A DNA stretch of 64,000 nucleotides from a virus (taxonomy: Duplodnaviria > Caudoviricetes): positions 979-64,978 of IMG/VR virus record IMGVR_UViG_3300031760_000054. One strand, given 5' to 3'. A program made the translations under genes and the position numbers. Position 1 is the first letter of the stretch. Every line of letters begins with the position of its first letter. Of the stretch, positions 27,607 to 37,427 are shown in pieces. The notes below the pieces were generated by a model, which made no database searches, had not been told where the DNA came from, and saw only the letters and a program-made list of their open reading frames with translations.

Positions 27607-28727
27607 TATTCATCACCCCCGATTACAAAATCTGTGTCTGTTGTTATCCACGCCGTAGAGTGCTGTACATGCCCATCTGCTATGCGTTCAGCCCTTACAC
27701 CAGCTTTTACTCCACTAAATGAAATTACATCGCCTTTTTTCATCAGAAAAGCAAACTTGTTTTGTATGCGAGTTGCTGTATCCGGGTTCTTCTGATCTTC
27801 TTCAGGCGTTCCGCCGCCAAGGATATTAAACACGTTCCTAAACCACTGTGATTTACTAACCAGCACGTTACTGTTAGTCTCGTTGTTGTCAGGGATGTCC
27901 CCATAATACAAAGGCATCTGCATATCATTACGACCGTATACTACATCATTCAATATTTCTACGCCTTCCCTCTTAAAAGTCACGCCATTCAGTAGCGTTG
28001 TGTTATACGGTATTGCGCTGTCATCTCGATTTGCCAGAACGATACTCACAGCATACAGGTCATACGGGATGCTTCTGTAGATGTTTCCAACGGGGTTTCC
28101 GTTCCAAGATACTCTAAAATATTTTGCCCCTTCCGGCGGATTTAGCACAAAGTATCTAGGCTCGATATAGCCAAATGTGTCGTTGAATGCGCTTATTTCT
28201 CTCGATATAAATTCTTTATCTTCATTGTAGTAACACACCCTATGCGCCATGCAACCACTCTTATAGACGTCGTTTATTTTGAAGACAGAGCCGTCAAACC
28301 CCCTAATCCAAATGTAATCAGTATCCGGCTGAATCGGGAAATACTTATCATTATAGTATGCGAAATCCGTAGGCTGTACTTCCCCGTCCGCATCGTAATA
28401 TCCGCCATAGTGTATTTCTCCAGTCCTCAGATCTGGATATTCAATGCCATATAACGCATCTCTTAACGCATCACAATACTCATCACCCTTTCCATCATCA
28501 TAAAGTGCGATGTGTGAAACGAGTGTTAACAGAGCGGCTTTTATATCGTCTGTCACTACATCAGCCTTTGCATCGTCTATATCAGCCTGGGCTGCGTTGA
28601 TCGCGTCAACGATACTGGTTTTCACGGATGTGTCAAGGTTTGCTATGTTACCTAAATTGCTCTTTAGGGAATTTATTTTGGTCGCGTATGCGCCAAATAT
28701 TGTTGATAAATCATCAAATAAAGCCAT
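27606..28727 (-). CDS. Tail-associated protein, cassette A (currently fused to the start), candidate receptor-binding/adhesion protein
   Basis: ATG 28727 after AAAGGAG; ~20-aa constant N-terminus, then the shared repeat and a variable C-terminus. Confidence 0.8.
   Translation of the reverse strand: MALFDDLSTIFGAYATKINSLKSNLGNIANLDTSVKTSIVDAINAAQADIDDAKADVVTDDIKAALLTLVSHIALYDDGKGDEYCDALRDALYGIEYPDLRTGEIHYGGYYDADGEVQPTDFAYYNDKYFPIQPDTDYIWIRGFDGSVFKINDVYKSGCMAHRVCYYNEDKEFISREISAFNDTFGYIEPRYFVLNPPEGAKYFRVSWNGNPVGNIYRSIPYDLYAVSIVLANRDDSAIPYNTTLLNGVTFKREGVEILNDVVYGRNDMQMPLYYGDIPDNNETNSNVLVSKSQWFRNVFNILGGGTPEEDQKNPDTATRIQNKFAFLMKKGDVISFSGVKAGVRAERIADGHVQHSTAWITTDTDFVIGGDE
28560..28671 (-). repeat. 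Right inverted repeat (IR-A) with core TTCCCTAAA-GAGCAA-TTTAGGTAA
   Basis: 9-bp imperfect dyad arms around a 6-bp asymmetric spacer. Confidence 0.95.
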
Positions 28728-28738
28728 GGCTACTCCTT

Positions 28739-29011
28739 TCATTCAAGCAGATCTGTCAGAGCATCGATCTGCGCCGTTGAAAGCGCGATATGCTCCGCAA
28801 CTGCCTTGTTCTGTACCGCGTTGGTTGATGACGTCGACAGTTCGCTGTCTACCACAACAGATCCACTCGTCAAAGTTTCAGTCTTTACCTTTCCATCCGG
28901 ACCGACCGCGAGAACCTTCCCCGCGTCACCAGCTCCGCCGGCTGCGCTCATCTGCTCTACTGTCTTCGGCATAAGGGCGCGGATCAGCGCAATGACAAAT
29001 CCCATCTTCAT
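28739..29011 (-). CDS. Small tail-region protein
   Basis: C-terminus near-identical to that of 29251..29634. Confidence 0.75.
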   Translation of the reverse strand: MKMGFVIALIRALMPKTVEQMSAAGGAGDAGKVLAVGPDGKVKTETLTSGSVVVDSELSTSSTNAVQNKAVAEHIALSTAQIDALTDLLE

Positions 29012-29023
29012 ACCGCACCTCCT

Positions 29024-29239
29024 TTACAGCGCGCGCCACTGACTGTTGTCTTCGTCATACATGTAGGCTTCACCTGAATCCATGGCGATGAACACTGAGC
29101 CGTTGGCGATCGCTGAACCGTTGAACTGTCCGGTGGGTTTCTCATCGGTGCTGAGCCCCACGAAAGACATGATTTCCTTGCTCAGCGCCGATCCGTTAAT
29201 TGTTCCAGTTGATTTGCTTGTATCTACAAGTGAAATCAT
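29024..29239 (-). CDS. Small tail-region protein
   Basis: GLSTDEKPT...NGSVFIAMDSG..YMYDE..W motif common beside phage fibre genes. Confidence 0.75.
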   Translation of the reverse strand: MISLVDTSKSTGTINGSALSKEIMSFVGLSTDEKPTGQFNGSAIANGSVFIAMDSGEAYMYDEDNSQWRAL

Positions 29240-29250
29240 AGTATTCCTCC

Positions 29251-29634
29251 TTAATCAAGAAGCCCTGTAATGGCCGCGATCTGCGCCGTTGAAAGTGTGA
29301 TATACTCCGCAACTGCCTTGTTCTGGATTGCATTTGTTGACGTTGGATCAAGCGCCGCGTCCGCGTCAAATGTAATGCTCGGGTCGAGCTTTGCCTTCGG
29401 AATCGTGCCGTTCGCCAGCTTTGCTCCGGTGATAGTACCATCACCGATCGTGAGCGCCGCCATCTCGCCCTGATCGATTTTATGCTGAAGTGCTGCTTCA
29501 AGCGCATCTGTGCGCAGTCTCGGGTCGTTTACGTTGTCATAGCACTCGGTAATCGCCCCGATTATTGCGCCCCTTACATCTTCGCCAAATAAAGCAGACC
29601 GCAATCTTTCTAAATAAACAGAAATCGCTGACAT
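29251..29634 (-). CDS. Tail fibre/baseplate-associated protein
   Basis: LFGEDVRGAI N-terminus; IGDGTITGAKLANGTI repeats. Confidence 0.75.
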   Translation of the reverse strand: MSAISVYLERLRSALFGEDVRGAIIGAITECYDNVNDPRLRTDALEAALQHKIDQGEMAALTIGDGTITGAKLANGTIPKAKLDPSITFDADAALDPTSTNAIQNKAVAEYITLSTAQIAAITGLLD

Positions 29635-29651
29635 TTCATACCTCCTTCCTG

Positions 29652-29969
29652 TTAAGCCTGCTCGTTCATGTCGATGCTTTCATGGTTCTCAAAGGCATTT
29701 ATCAGCTCTTTCTTTTCGTTTTCGGCAGCCTCTTCCATTTCTTTCATCTTTTCCTTATAGTAGTCGTGCGTCTGTCTGATCGTAGATTCAGAGTCATTCG
29801 CAAGCTCGCTATACGCTTTCTGAGATTCTGCAACAAGGGCAGCTCTGAGGATGTCTACCAACATAAAGTGCGGTAGGCCAGACCTGTCCATAACATCATC
29901 GATTACTGCAAGCAGTTCCTTTTCAACAGACGCTTTTTTCATGCAGTACGTTATCATTGGTGTATTCAT
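29652..29969 (-). CDS. Hypothetical tail-region protein
   Basis: 105 aa, in the operon. Confidence 0.7.
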   Translation of the reverse strand: MNTPMITYCMKKASVEKELLAVIDDVMDRSGLPHFMLVDILRAALVAESQKAYSELANDSESTIRQTHDYYKEKMKEMEEAAENEKKELINAFENHESIDMNEQA

Positions 29970-30004
29970 TTCTGTCTCCTCTCAAAGTTTTACGACAAGG
30001 TATT

Positions 30005-32986
30005 TCACGTAGCATGCACAGTTCCGTGAACATCTCCGTGCCAACCATTTCTGTCGAAATAACCGCATGTATATTTTGTGTTTCCGGATATCTGAACGAT
30101 ATAAAGCGTACCGGAACCTCCGATTTCAAGGTACATGTCATGCTGGCTTCCAAGTGCGACCTCGTAACCGGAGTTGTAATACGCACTGAGGTCAAGATAG
30201 CCACATTGAGCACCTTCGTGCTTTCCAATCAGCATGGAGCTGTCGAGGACCATATCTTCTTCTCCATCAGTGGACGTGATTTTTCCTTTGATGTCAGCAG
30301 ATGTACATGTGAGCTTTCCGTCTGAGGTCATCGACGAATACGTGCTTGTCCACGCGATGTTGTTCGCCTTCAATCTGATAGCATCGGCACTCTGTTCAAT
30401 AAGGGACTGTGCTTGACTGGACGTTACACGGAGTCTTATTGCATCTGCGTTCTGCTTGATCTGCGATTCGTAGTACGCACTGCCGTACCCAAGAATCTCA
30501 ACGTCGGTGATGTAGATAGTCGTGTTGCTAACAGTGTTACGTATGTACACATAACGGGTTCCTGCAGGAACGTTGCTGAAATCGACATCGAACGTTTTCC
30601 ACGTGGAACCTATAAATCCGTCATCAGTGAATATTGATTTGGAGCCGATGAGCACTTCTGCGTTCGCTGTTCCAACATCTGCCGTTCTGCAAGCAACCTT
30701 AAAGCGAACTTTGACATCCGACACCTTGGGAACTTCAAAAGAGTATCCTGCGTACTGGTTTCCGGAAGACTGGTTCGCAATCGAAAGGCATGACTTTCCG
30801 CTATACGTCGTTCTGACGACGTAGCTTTCGTTCGATCTTACCCATCCTTCGTAGTAATTCGACGAGTCCGAGAAATTGGAGTTCGAGCAGTAATTGTGCT
30901 GCATATTTTCATACAGCGATGTTACTGTTGAACGGATAGAATCTGCCTGTACTGTCAGTTCCGCCGATACGTCTTCGATCAATTCGGTGAGGTCTCTGAG
31001 GACCCGGATATTCGTGACGTAAAGAATCGTACCGGCTGCACCGTTGACAGCAACTGAAATCGTCTTTGACGCTGCCGTGATCTCTAACGCTCTTTGGACA
31101 GTATGCATTTCATTTCCGGTGTACGTAGACAAGCTGACAGTCCGGAGGTTCCCGGAGAAACCATATGCAAGCGATGTAGGTCTGAGCGTTGTCAGACCAT
31201 CGCTGTCAAGCGGAAATGCGAAGGTGACTTCAATCAGGTACGTTCCTGCCGGCAGATTTCCGAGGTCCTGGCTGATATAGACTGTCGACGAGCTGTTGAA
31301 CTGGACCTTGAAGCATGACAGATTCAAGAATTGCGCTTCTGTGACGGATGCACCGTTACCTGTGACAGTGAACGAGCTAATGTCGAGCGTTTCCTGTTCG
31401 CCATTCGTGACGTACTCTTTCATGGACATACGCCTTGCTTCCGAGGATGCGTACAGCCTAATCCGGTTCTCTGCGTTCGTGATACTGTTCTCAAGCTCAG
31501 TAACAACTTGCTCGTCTCCGTCTGAAATCGCCTTTTCGACTGACGTTCTGTATCCAAGGTCGATACTTGCTGCAGCTATGGAATTTGCGAGGATCATGTT
31601 TCCGTTAATCTTGCCATCCATCGTGAGGGCAATTCCGTCAACCGGTCCGTCGTATCCCTGGCTGTAATGAGCAAGACCACCCAAACCCCACCGCCAAAGG
31701 TTTACGGCCTCTTCTGGATCGGTATTGTCTGCAACAATAAACTCGTTAGGCGTATGGATTGCATAACCACCGGTGCAGTATGCATTGAGCATGGCAGTTG
31801 CATCTCTGATCGCCTGTTCGAGAATTTCTTTCTTTGTCGGCAGGAGCTGTATGGTCTTTTCCAAATCTCCGGTTGTCTGTGCATTCGATGACGTATAGCT
31901 TGCAACGACACTCTCGTTTCCGATTGTGACGGTGTTCTGTTCGTACTTCGTGAGGTATATTCTCATCTTTGTCAACGGAAGCCACACGTCCATTCCGTGA
32001 GGCTCGGAGATGCAGTGTATCCTCTTTCCGACTTTGAACCGGTCGAGGTCTTCATTGATAAGTCCAAGATCAACTGCTTTTAGTTCGAGCACAAGCTTTT
32101 CGTACTGAACGGTACTAAGATAATTTTCGCCCCAGGCTTTCAGATAGGTAGCGGTGGTCACATCGTCGTTTATTACAGTCTTGAAAATCTTGCCGTACAT
32201 TGCGATTGCATTATTGTCTGTCACGTAGTCGACACCACCGTTGACGCTTTCTATCGTTAATCTCTGCTCCTGCAGAGTGGGGTCCTGCTGTTCTTCAGGC
32301 AGTCTGTATCCAAGCGGAATAATGCACGTTGCAATGTCTGCAGCGGTTATTGTCTTGGAATAATCGAGCATATTCTTGCCGAACATTATCGGTTGTTCAC
32401 AGTCGCTGTAATAATCGTAATCAGCGAGATAATCGAGGTATCGAAGGCCGTCCTGCCCCCACCTGATCACGAAATGACCACCTAGCCGGTCGACAAGCTT
32501 TTCCTTTAGGCATTTTCTAGTGGTCTCCCAGTTCGAGTATCTGTAAATGGAATTGTTGCTGTCAGTGACGGTAACACGCCCAAGATAGAACTTCTTTCCT
32601 TCTTCAACCTGTGCGTTGTGGTTCTCAAGAAGCGTTCCGAGGTACGTGGAAATCGAGACGTTGCGATACACAGCAGGTCTCTGGATGCTGTCGTTAAGGT
32701 ATCCGAGCTGACCTTCTACGAAAACGTGCTTGGTTCCGTTCATGTCCTCATCGTCGTACAGCACACGCCCTCTGAACACTTCGTCGTCTTCATCCATGAC
32801 GACGATCTCTGTGGTAAGCTTTTTGACATGTGCGTAGTACGGATGTGTCTTGTACACCAAAAACTCAGCTTGTCCGTTAAGGTTGTCGGCAAGCTCAAAA
32901 TACGGGCTGCCTACCTGCACGGTTCGCATGCGTGGGTTATGGATGAGATACCTGTTGTCCCCGACAAGAGCATAAATCGTATACAT
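30005..32986 (-). CDS. Phage tail protein (Tal/endopeptidase-like hub) with probable carbohydrate-binding inserts
   Basis: Follows Dit; VFRGRVL, IATCIIPLG, LWRWGLGGL motifs. Confidence 0.85.
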   Translation of the reverse strand: MYTIYALVGDNRYLIHNPRMRTVQVGSPYFELADNLNGQAEFLVYKTHPYYAHVKKLTTEIVVMDEDDEVFRGRVLYDDEDMNGTKHVFVEGQLGYLNDSIQRPAVYRNVSISTYLGTLLENHNAQVEEGKKFYLGRVTVTDSNNSIYRYSNWETTRKCLKEKLVDRLGGHFVIRWGQDGLRYLDYLADYDYYSDCEQPIMFGKNMLDYSKTITAADIATCIIPLGYRLPEEQQDPTLQEQRLTIESVNGGVDYVTDNNAIAMYGKIFKTVINDDVTTATYLKAWGENYLSTVQYEKLVLELKAVDLGLINEDLDRFKVGKRIHCISEPHGMDVWLPLTKMRIYLTKYEQNTVTIGNESVVASYTSSNAQTTGDLEKTIQLLPTKKEILEQAIRDATAMLNAYCTGGYAIHTPNEFIVADNTDPEEAVNLWRWGLGGLAHYSQGYDGPVDGIALTMDGKINGNMILANSIAAASIDLGYRTSVEKAISDGDEQVVTELENSITNAENRIRLYASSEARRMSMKEYVTNGEQETLDISSFTVTGNGASVTEAQFLNLSCFKVQFNSSSTVYISQDLGNLPAGTYLIEVTFAFPLDSDGLTTLRPTSLAYGFSGNLRTVSLSTYTGNEMHTVQRALEITAASKTISVAVNGAAGTILYVTNIRVLRDLTELIEDVSAELTVQADSIRSTVTSLYENMQHNYCSNSNFSDSSNYYEGWVRSNESYVVRTTYSGKSCLSIANQSSGNQYAGYSFEVPKVSDVKVRFKVACRTADVGTANAEVLIGSKSIFTDDGFIGSTWKTFDVDFSNVPAGTRYVYIRNTVSNTTIYITDVEILGYGSAYYESQIKQNADAIRLRVTSSQAQSLIEQSADAIRLKANNIAWTSTYSSMTSDGKLTCTSADIKGKITSTDGEEDMVLDSSMLIGKHEGAQCGYLDLSAYYNSGYEVALGSQHDMYLEIGGSGTLYIVQISGNTKYTCGYFDRNGWHGDVHGTVHAT

Positions 32987-33699
32987 TACAGCGAACCTCC
33001 TTTAGCAAGCACATCTACAGTGCCGGTCCCACGGAAATACACCGTGTTTGTGCCGTCGGACAACTCGATCTCTTCGAGCATGGTACTGCCGGCAGGAAGG
33101 CTGTACACAACATTGTTGAACTTTACATCCATAGCGGAGCTGCATGTGAACGAAACTCCATAGCTGACAGGGTATCCGATGATTTCCTTTCCGACCCACT
33201 GGCTAGGGCTGTTAATCGTGAACTCATACTTCTTGTGAATAACTCCGTTTACGAACGAGAACGGGTCCCAAAGCCAATCTCCGTTTTCGGAGGCAACTGC
33301 GGTCTTGTACGGATAACATTCGCATGTAATGGCGAACTCAGATGTTATGTCGTTAATCTTTGACGTATCTACAGTACATCTTCCTTCGTAGTAATACTCG
33401 TTGTCACAGTCAAGGACGATCCGAACCTTTTTTCCGTGTATCTTGTTCGATATCTCGCTTATGAGATCCGCCCATTTCCTATATCCGCAATTTCTTGCGT
33501 CAAAAACAAAACGAAGTGTCCGTTTTCCGTACCGGACACTTCCTGTTACAGCTTCAGTAAGATCGAGAACACCATCCATTCCCATGACATCGATTTCAAC
33601 TAGCTTTGCCCCAGGGCTGCCAATTTCAATCTCTTTCAGCTTCAGCTTCCAGTCATCATACGAGTGATAGTCTCCGAACTTTACTCCGATCACGCCCAC
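32986..33699 (-). CDS. Distal tail protein (Dit)
   Basis: After the TMP; VMGMDGVLDLTEAVTG, YYYEGRC. Confidence 0.85.
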   Translation of the reverse strand: MGVIGVKFGDYHSYDDWKLKLKEIEIGSPGAKLVEIDVMGMDGVLDLTEAVTGSVRYGKRTLRFVFDARNCGYRKWADLISEISNKIHGKKVRIVLDCDNEYYYEGRCTVDTSKINDITSEFAITCECYPYKTAVASENGDWLWDPFSFVNGVIHKKYEFTINSPSQWVGKEIIGYPVSYGVSFTCSSAMDVKFNNVVYSLPAGSTMLEEIELSDGTNTVYFRGTGTVDVLAKGGSL

Positions 33700-33701
33700 T
33701 G

Positions 33702-36700
33702 TTAACCACCTCTTTTCTTGTGTTGGTCAATTCTTGCAAAGTTACGGTCGACAATCGGCGTGGTTGCGTTTCCGATTTCTTCTTTGTCGATTTCTACGTG
33801 AGTATGTATCTCTCCGCTTATGCTGACTTCTGCATCTCTGTGGACAAACGCACCTTCATTATCTCTTCCTGCCCTGTACGTTTCTGACGTTCCGGAATCG
33901 AACTTGACTTTGAACGTCTCTTTGTTCACCGTGTCAGTCATTTTCTTTGCATACTCTTCCATCTGGTCCTGTGTGTCGGATATCAGATCGGGCATTGCTG
34001 TCTCAACGCCTTTTCCTACACCTGGTGGTATCCAACGTCCTACTTCTCTTGCGAAAACTTTGGACGGAGAGCCGATTTCAAGTCCATCTGCAACACCGTC
34101 TACAAGTCCAGAGAAGAAACCGGTAACGTTGCCCCACAACCAGTCTCCCATGTCTTTTATACCGTCCCACACACCAGTAACGATATCAGATCCTATGTCG
34201 TACATTCTACCGGGCAGGTCAGTCAAAATATTGATGAACCCGTCGAAGAAGTCTTGTGCAGCCTGTCGCCCTGTTTCTAACAGGTCTGCTCCGAACTCTG
34301 TAACTTTACTGACTGTTTCTGTCAGCCATTCCCATACCTTTCCGGGAAGCTCCTTAAAGAAGTCGACCACTGCGGTTATGATATCTTCTGCAGCCTTTTT
34401 TGCACTGTCAAGGGTATCTTCTCCCCACTTAACGACCTTTTCGTATGTCTGGCTAAGCCACTCCCACAATTTTCCGGGAAGCTCTGTGAAAAACTCCACG
34501 ACAGCATTTATAGTGTCTTCTGCAGCTTTTCCTGCGCTTTCGAGCATGTCGCTTCCCCATGTAACGAGGTTATCCCATGTCTCTTTCAGGAAGTCCCATA
34601 CCTTTCCGGGAAGCTCCTTAAAGAACGTGCATATCGAGTCGATAATCAGCGGAACGTTCTCAACTATCCAATTTATTACGTCTGCGCACCATGACACAAA
34701 TGTACCGATGCAGAAACCGATTGCGTAGCCTATCTTGTACGGCAGTTCACTGAAGAACGTTACGATAGCTTCAATCAGCATTGGCACGTTTTCAGCTATC
34801 CATTCGCCTACCGAAGCGACCCATTCACCGAGGGATTCGATGATGCCTGTGAAGAAAGCAACAACCTTTCCGGGCAGTTCTGACAACCATTGACCGGCTG
34901 CTTCAAAGAAACCGGTTATAGCAGGCCACGCTGTCTCATTCCACCAGTTAGGCAGTGTCTCGGTGAAGAAAGTCTTTACTTCATCCCAGTTACATACAAC
35001 AGCGATAATCGCTGCTATGGCTGCTGCTATGGCTATAAGCGGTCCCGCACCGATAGCTGCGACTACTGCGCCGAATCCTGTCATTATTGTTGATCCAATA
35101 CCTGCTATGCCCGTTGCAGCAGCAGACGCAACACCTGAAAGACTTGATCCGATGGTGGAAATGAGTCCACCAGAACCAAATAGCCCCCCAATTTTACCGA
35201 CAATTGCGCCAATCTTTGGGAACTCAAGAGCAAGGACTTCTGACAGTGTTCCTGCTCCGCCACGCCAAAGATCAAAACCTTCGACAGCTTTTTTCGCAAA
35301 TGATGTGACATTGCCTGCTAAGCCAGTTAAACTTCCACCGATGGTCGATACCACACCTGTGATTGTTCGCACGGCTTTAAATGCTATAAATGCCGCAACT
35401 ACTTTTGCAATCGCCTTGCCTATCTGGTGCGCTGTAGCCGGGTCTATGCTCGACAGTGCGGACGATACCGCCTCGAATGCCGTCTTGAGAGCGTCAACAG
35501 CGGGGCCAAGGACTTCCTGAACCCCTTCGAACATTCCGGACAGGAACGCACCGAGCTGCGGCGATTCCTCGGATACCCCCTGTATGATTCCCTCGATGAT
35601 CTGCTTTCCGATGTCGATCAGCTGTGGGAGCACCTGCATGAATCCTTTGGCAAGTGCGCTTATGATCTGTACAGCTGAACTGGCGATTGATGGAGCGTTC
35701 TCTGCCAGGGCGGTGCCGAGCTGTATAATCGCGTCCTGCGCTGCCTTAACGATCTGCGGCGTGTTGTCCGCAATGCCCTTGAGGAATTCAGCGAACAGCT
35801 CTACAGCGCAGCTCCAGAGATCTCCGGAGAAGCTGATGATTCCCGTGATGAGCGTCGTGACCAGTTCGGATCCGGCTGACGCTACCTCTGCTTTGTTCGC
35901 CAGCAATGACGAAATGAATGACCGTGCGACTGAAAGTGCAACTTCAACGACCTGTGGCGCTGCCTGCGCCAGTGCTGTCACCATGCCGGCAAGGACCTCG
36001 CCTGACTTGCCGATAAGGGCATCCATACCGCCCTCGTTGTAGGCATCCTGGAGCGCATCGGCAAATTCACGCAGAGTCTGTACAGCGCCCTTCATCGGCG
36101 TCTGCAGGGATTCATAGATCGACACGCCGAGGATGTCAAGCTGTGACTGGAGCATCGTGAGCTGGCCCTTGAGGTTGTCGTTCATGGTATCGGCCATCTG
36201 CTGTGTAGTGCCGTCGCAGTTGTCGATCGCGTTCGTCAGCTTTTCGAAATCCGCATCAGACGCATTGATAATGGCAAGCCATCCGGACATTGCTTCCTTT
36301 CCGAAGATCGCGGATGCTGCGGCGGCTTGTTCCGTCGTGCTGAGGGAGCCCATCTTCTCTCGAAGGGACTCCATTGTGTCCCGGAGATTGACGGAGCCGT
36401 CCGCATTCTTTACAAGGGCAATGTTGTACTTGTCCATGTAAGTCTGCATCTGCTTGGTCGGCTTGACTAGGTTAGAAAGTCCGGTACGGAGTGCCGTGCC
36501 GCCCTGTGATGCCTTGATACCGGCATTCGCCATCAGTCCAAGTGCGATGGATGTATCTTCTGCCGTGATTCCAAGAGCACCAGCGACAGGCGCAGCGTAC
36601 TTAAAGGACTCGCCCAGCATACCGACGTTCGTGTTGGCGTTTGACGATGCCGCGGCAAGTATGTCCGCGAAATGGGTCGCATATGAGACCTCGTTGCCGA

Positions 36701-37199
36701 ACTCATCAACGATGCCTGTCGAATCGCTCGCTGTATGTCCGAGAGCTGTGATTGCGTCTGTCAGGATGTCTGACGTCGACGCAAGGTCCTGTCCGGATGC
36801 GGCTGCGAGGTTGACGACGCTGCTCAGGGCGGCGGTCATGTCCTCCGTCTTCCATCCGGCCATAGCCATGTAAGAAAGGGCATCAGCTGTCTCAGCAGCG
36901 GTGAACTTGCTCTGGCTCGCGACTTCTTTCGCTTTCTTCACCAGAATGTCGTAATCACTGCCAGCCTCTTTCGAGGTAAGACCTGCGATAGCGGCCACAT
37001 TTGACATAGAGGCTTCGAAATCACCTCCTGCCTTTACGGAAAACGTACTAATCGCACTTATTGCTGTAGATACGACTCCGAGTGCTGCCGTAGCAGCAGC
37101 AAGACCGGTCTGTGCGATATTGCTGATCTTACTGATTCCTTTTTGAAAACCACTGCTGTCGATTTTCGTATCGAATTTCAGTGTTCCATCATAAGACAA
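33702..37199 (-). CDS. Tape measure protein
   Basis: 1165 aa, Ala/Gly-rich helical, periodic FFxELPGKVWxWL repeats; TTG start. Confidence 0.95.
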   Translation of the reverse strand: MSYDGTLKFDTKIDSSGFQKGISKISNIAQTGLAAATAALGVVSTAISAISTFSVKAGGDFEASMSNVAAIAGLTSKEAGSDYDILVKKAKEVASQSKFTAAETADALSYMAMAGWKTEDMTAALSSVVNLAAASGQDLASTSDILTDAITALGHTASDSTGIVDEFGNEVSYATHFADILAAASSNANTNVGMLGESFKYAAPVAGALGITAEDTSIALGLMANAGIKASQGGTALRTGLSNLVKPTKQMQTYMDKYNIALVKNADGSVNLRDTMESLREKMGSLSTTEQAAAASAIFGKEAMSGWLAIINASDADFEKLTNAIDNCDGTTQQMADTMNDNLKGQLTMLQSQLDILGVSIYESLQTPMKGAVQTLREFADALQDAYNEGGMDALIGKSGEVLAGMVTALAQAAPQVVEVALSVARSFISSLLANKAEVASAGSELVTTLITGIISFSGDLWSCAVELFAEFLKGIADNTPQIVKAAQDAIIQLGTALAENAPSIASSAVQIISALAKGFMQVLPQLIDIGKQIIEGIIQGVSEESPQLGAFLSGMFEGVQEVLGPAVDALKTAFEAVSSALSSIDPATAHQIGKAIAKVVAAFIAFKAVRTITGVVSTIGGSLTGLAGNVTSFAKKAVEGFDLWRGGAGTLSEVLALEFPKIGAIVGKIGGLFGSGGLISTIGSSLSGVASAAATGIAGIGSTIMTGFGAVVAAIGAGPLIAIAAAIAAIIAVVCNWDEVKTFFTETLPNWWNETAWPAITGFFEAAGQWLSELPGKVVAFFTGIIESLGEWVASVGEWIAENVPMLIEAIVTFFSELPYKIGYAIGFCIGTFVSWCADVINWIVENVPLIIDSICTFFKELPGKVWDFLKETWDNLVTWGSDMLESAGKAAEDTINAVVEFFTELPGKLWEWLSQTYEKVVKWGEDTLDSAKKAAEDIITAVVDFFKELPGKVWEWLTETVSKVTEFGADLLETGRQAAQDFFDGFINILTDLPGRMYDIGSDIVTGVWDGIKDMGDWLWGNVTGFFSGLVDGVADGLEIGSPSKVFAREVGRWIPPGVGKGVETAMPDLISDTQDQMEEYAKKMTDTVNKETFKVKFDSGTSETYRAGRDNEGAFVHRDAEVSISGEIHTHVEIDKEEIGNATTPIVDRNFARIDQHKKRGG

Positions 37200-37249
37200 T
37201 CTGTTTCACCTCTTTTCATGCAGTGAACGATTATCGGCTCATGATGGCT

Positions 37250-37420
37250 CTACCTAATCTGTTCTCCTTTTTTCACTATGACTTCAAAGACAGCCTTGCA
37301 TCCTCTGCCTTTGCACGTAACGAATATACCTTTCGACTCGGCCTGTTCATCGAAAAACAGTGGCATCAGATATCCACATACCGGACACACGACCTGGGTC
37401 TTAACGTTTTTTTCTTTCAT
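37250..37420 (-). CDS. Com-like zinc-ribbon protein
   Basis: 56 aa, CPVCG...CKGRGC, between Gp15 and the TMP. Confidence 0.6.
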   Translation of the reverse strand: MKEKNVKTQVVCPVCGYLMPLFFDEQAESKGIFVTCKGRGCKAVFEVIVKKGEQIR

Positions 37421-37427
37421 ATCTGTT

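Larger units (their letters stand above)
22610..28662. mobile_element. Invertible ~6-kb cassette (phase-variable tail-associated locus)
   Basis: Inverted repeats with a tyrosine-recombinase-like core, adjacent recombinase, two homologous gene pairs in opposite orientation. Confidence 0.85.

Noticed and set aside
34200-35000. Repeated TTTCCGGGAAGCTC DNA motifs
   Set aside because: Explained by the periodic ELPGK repeats of the tape measure protein
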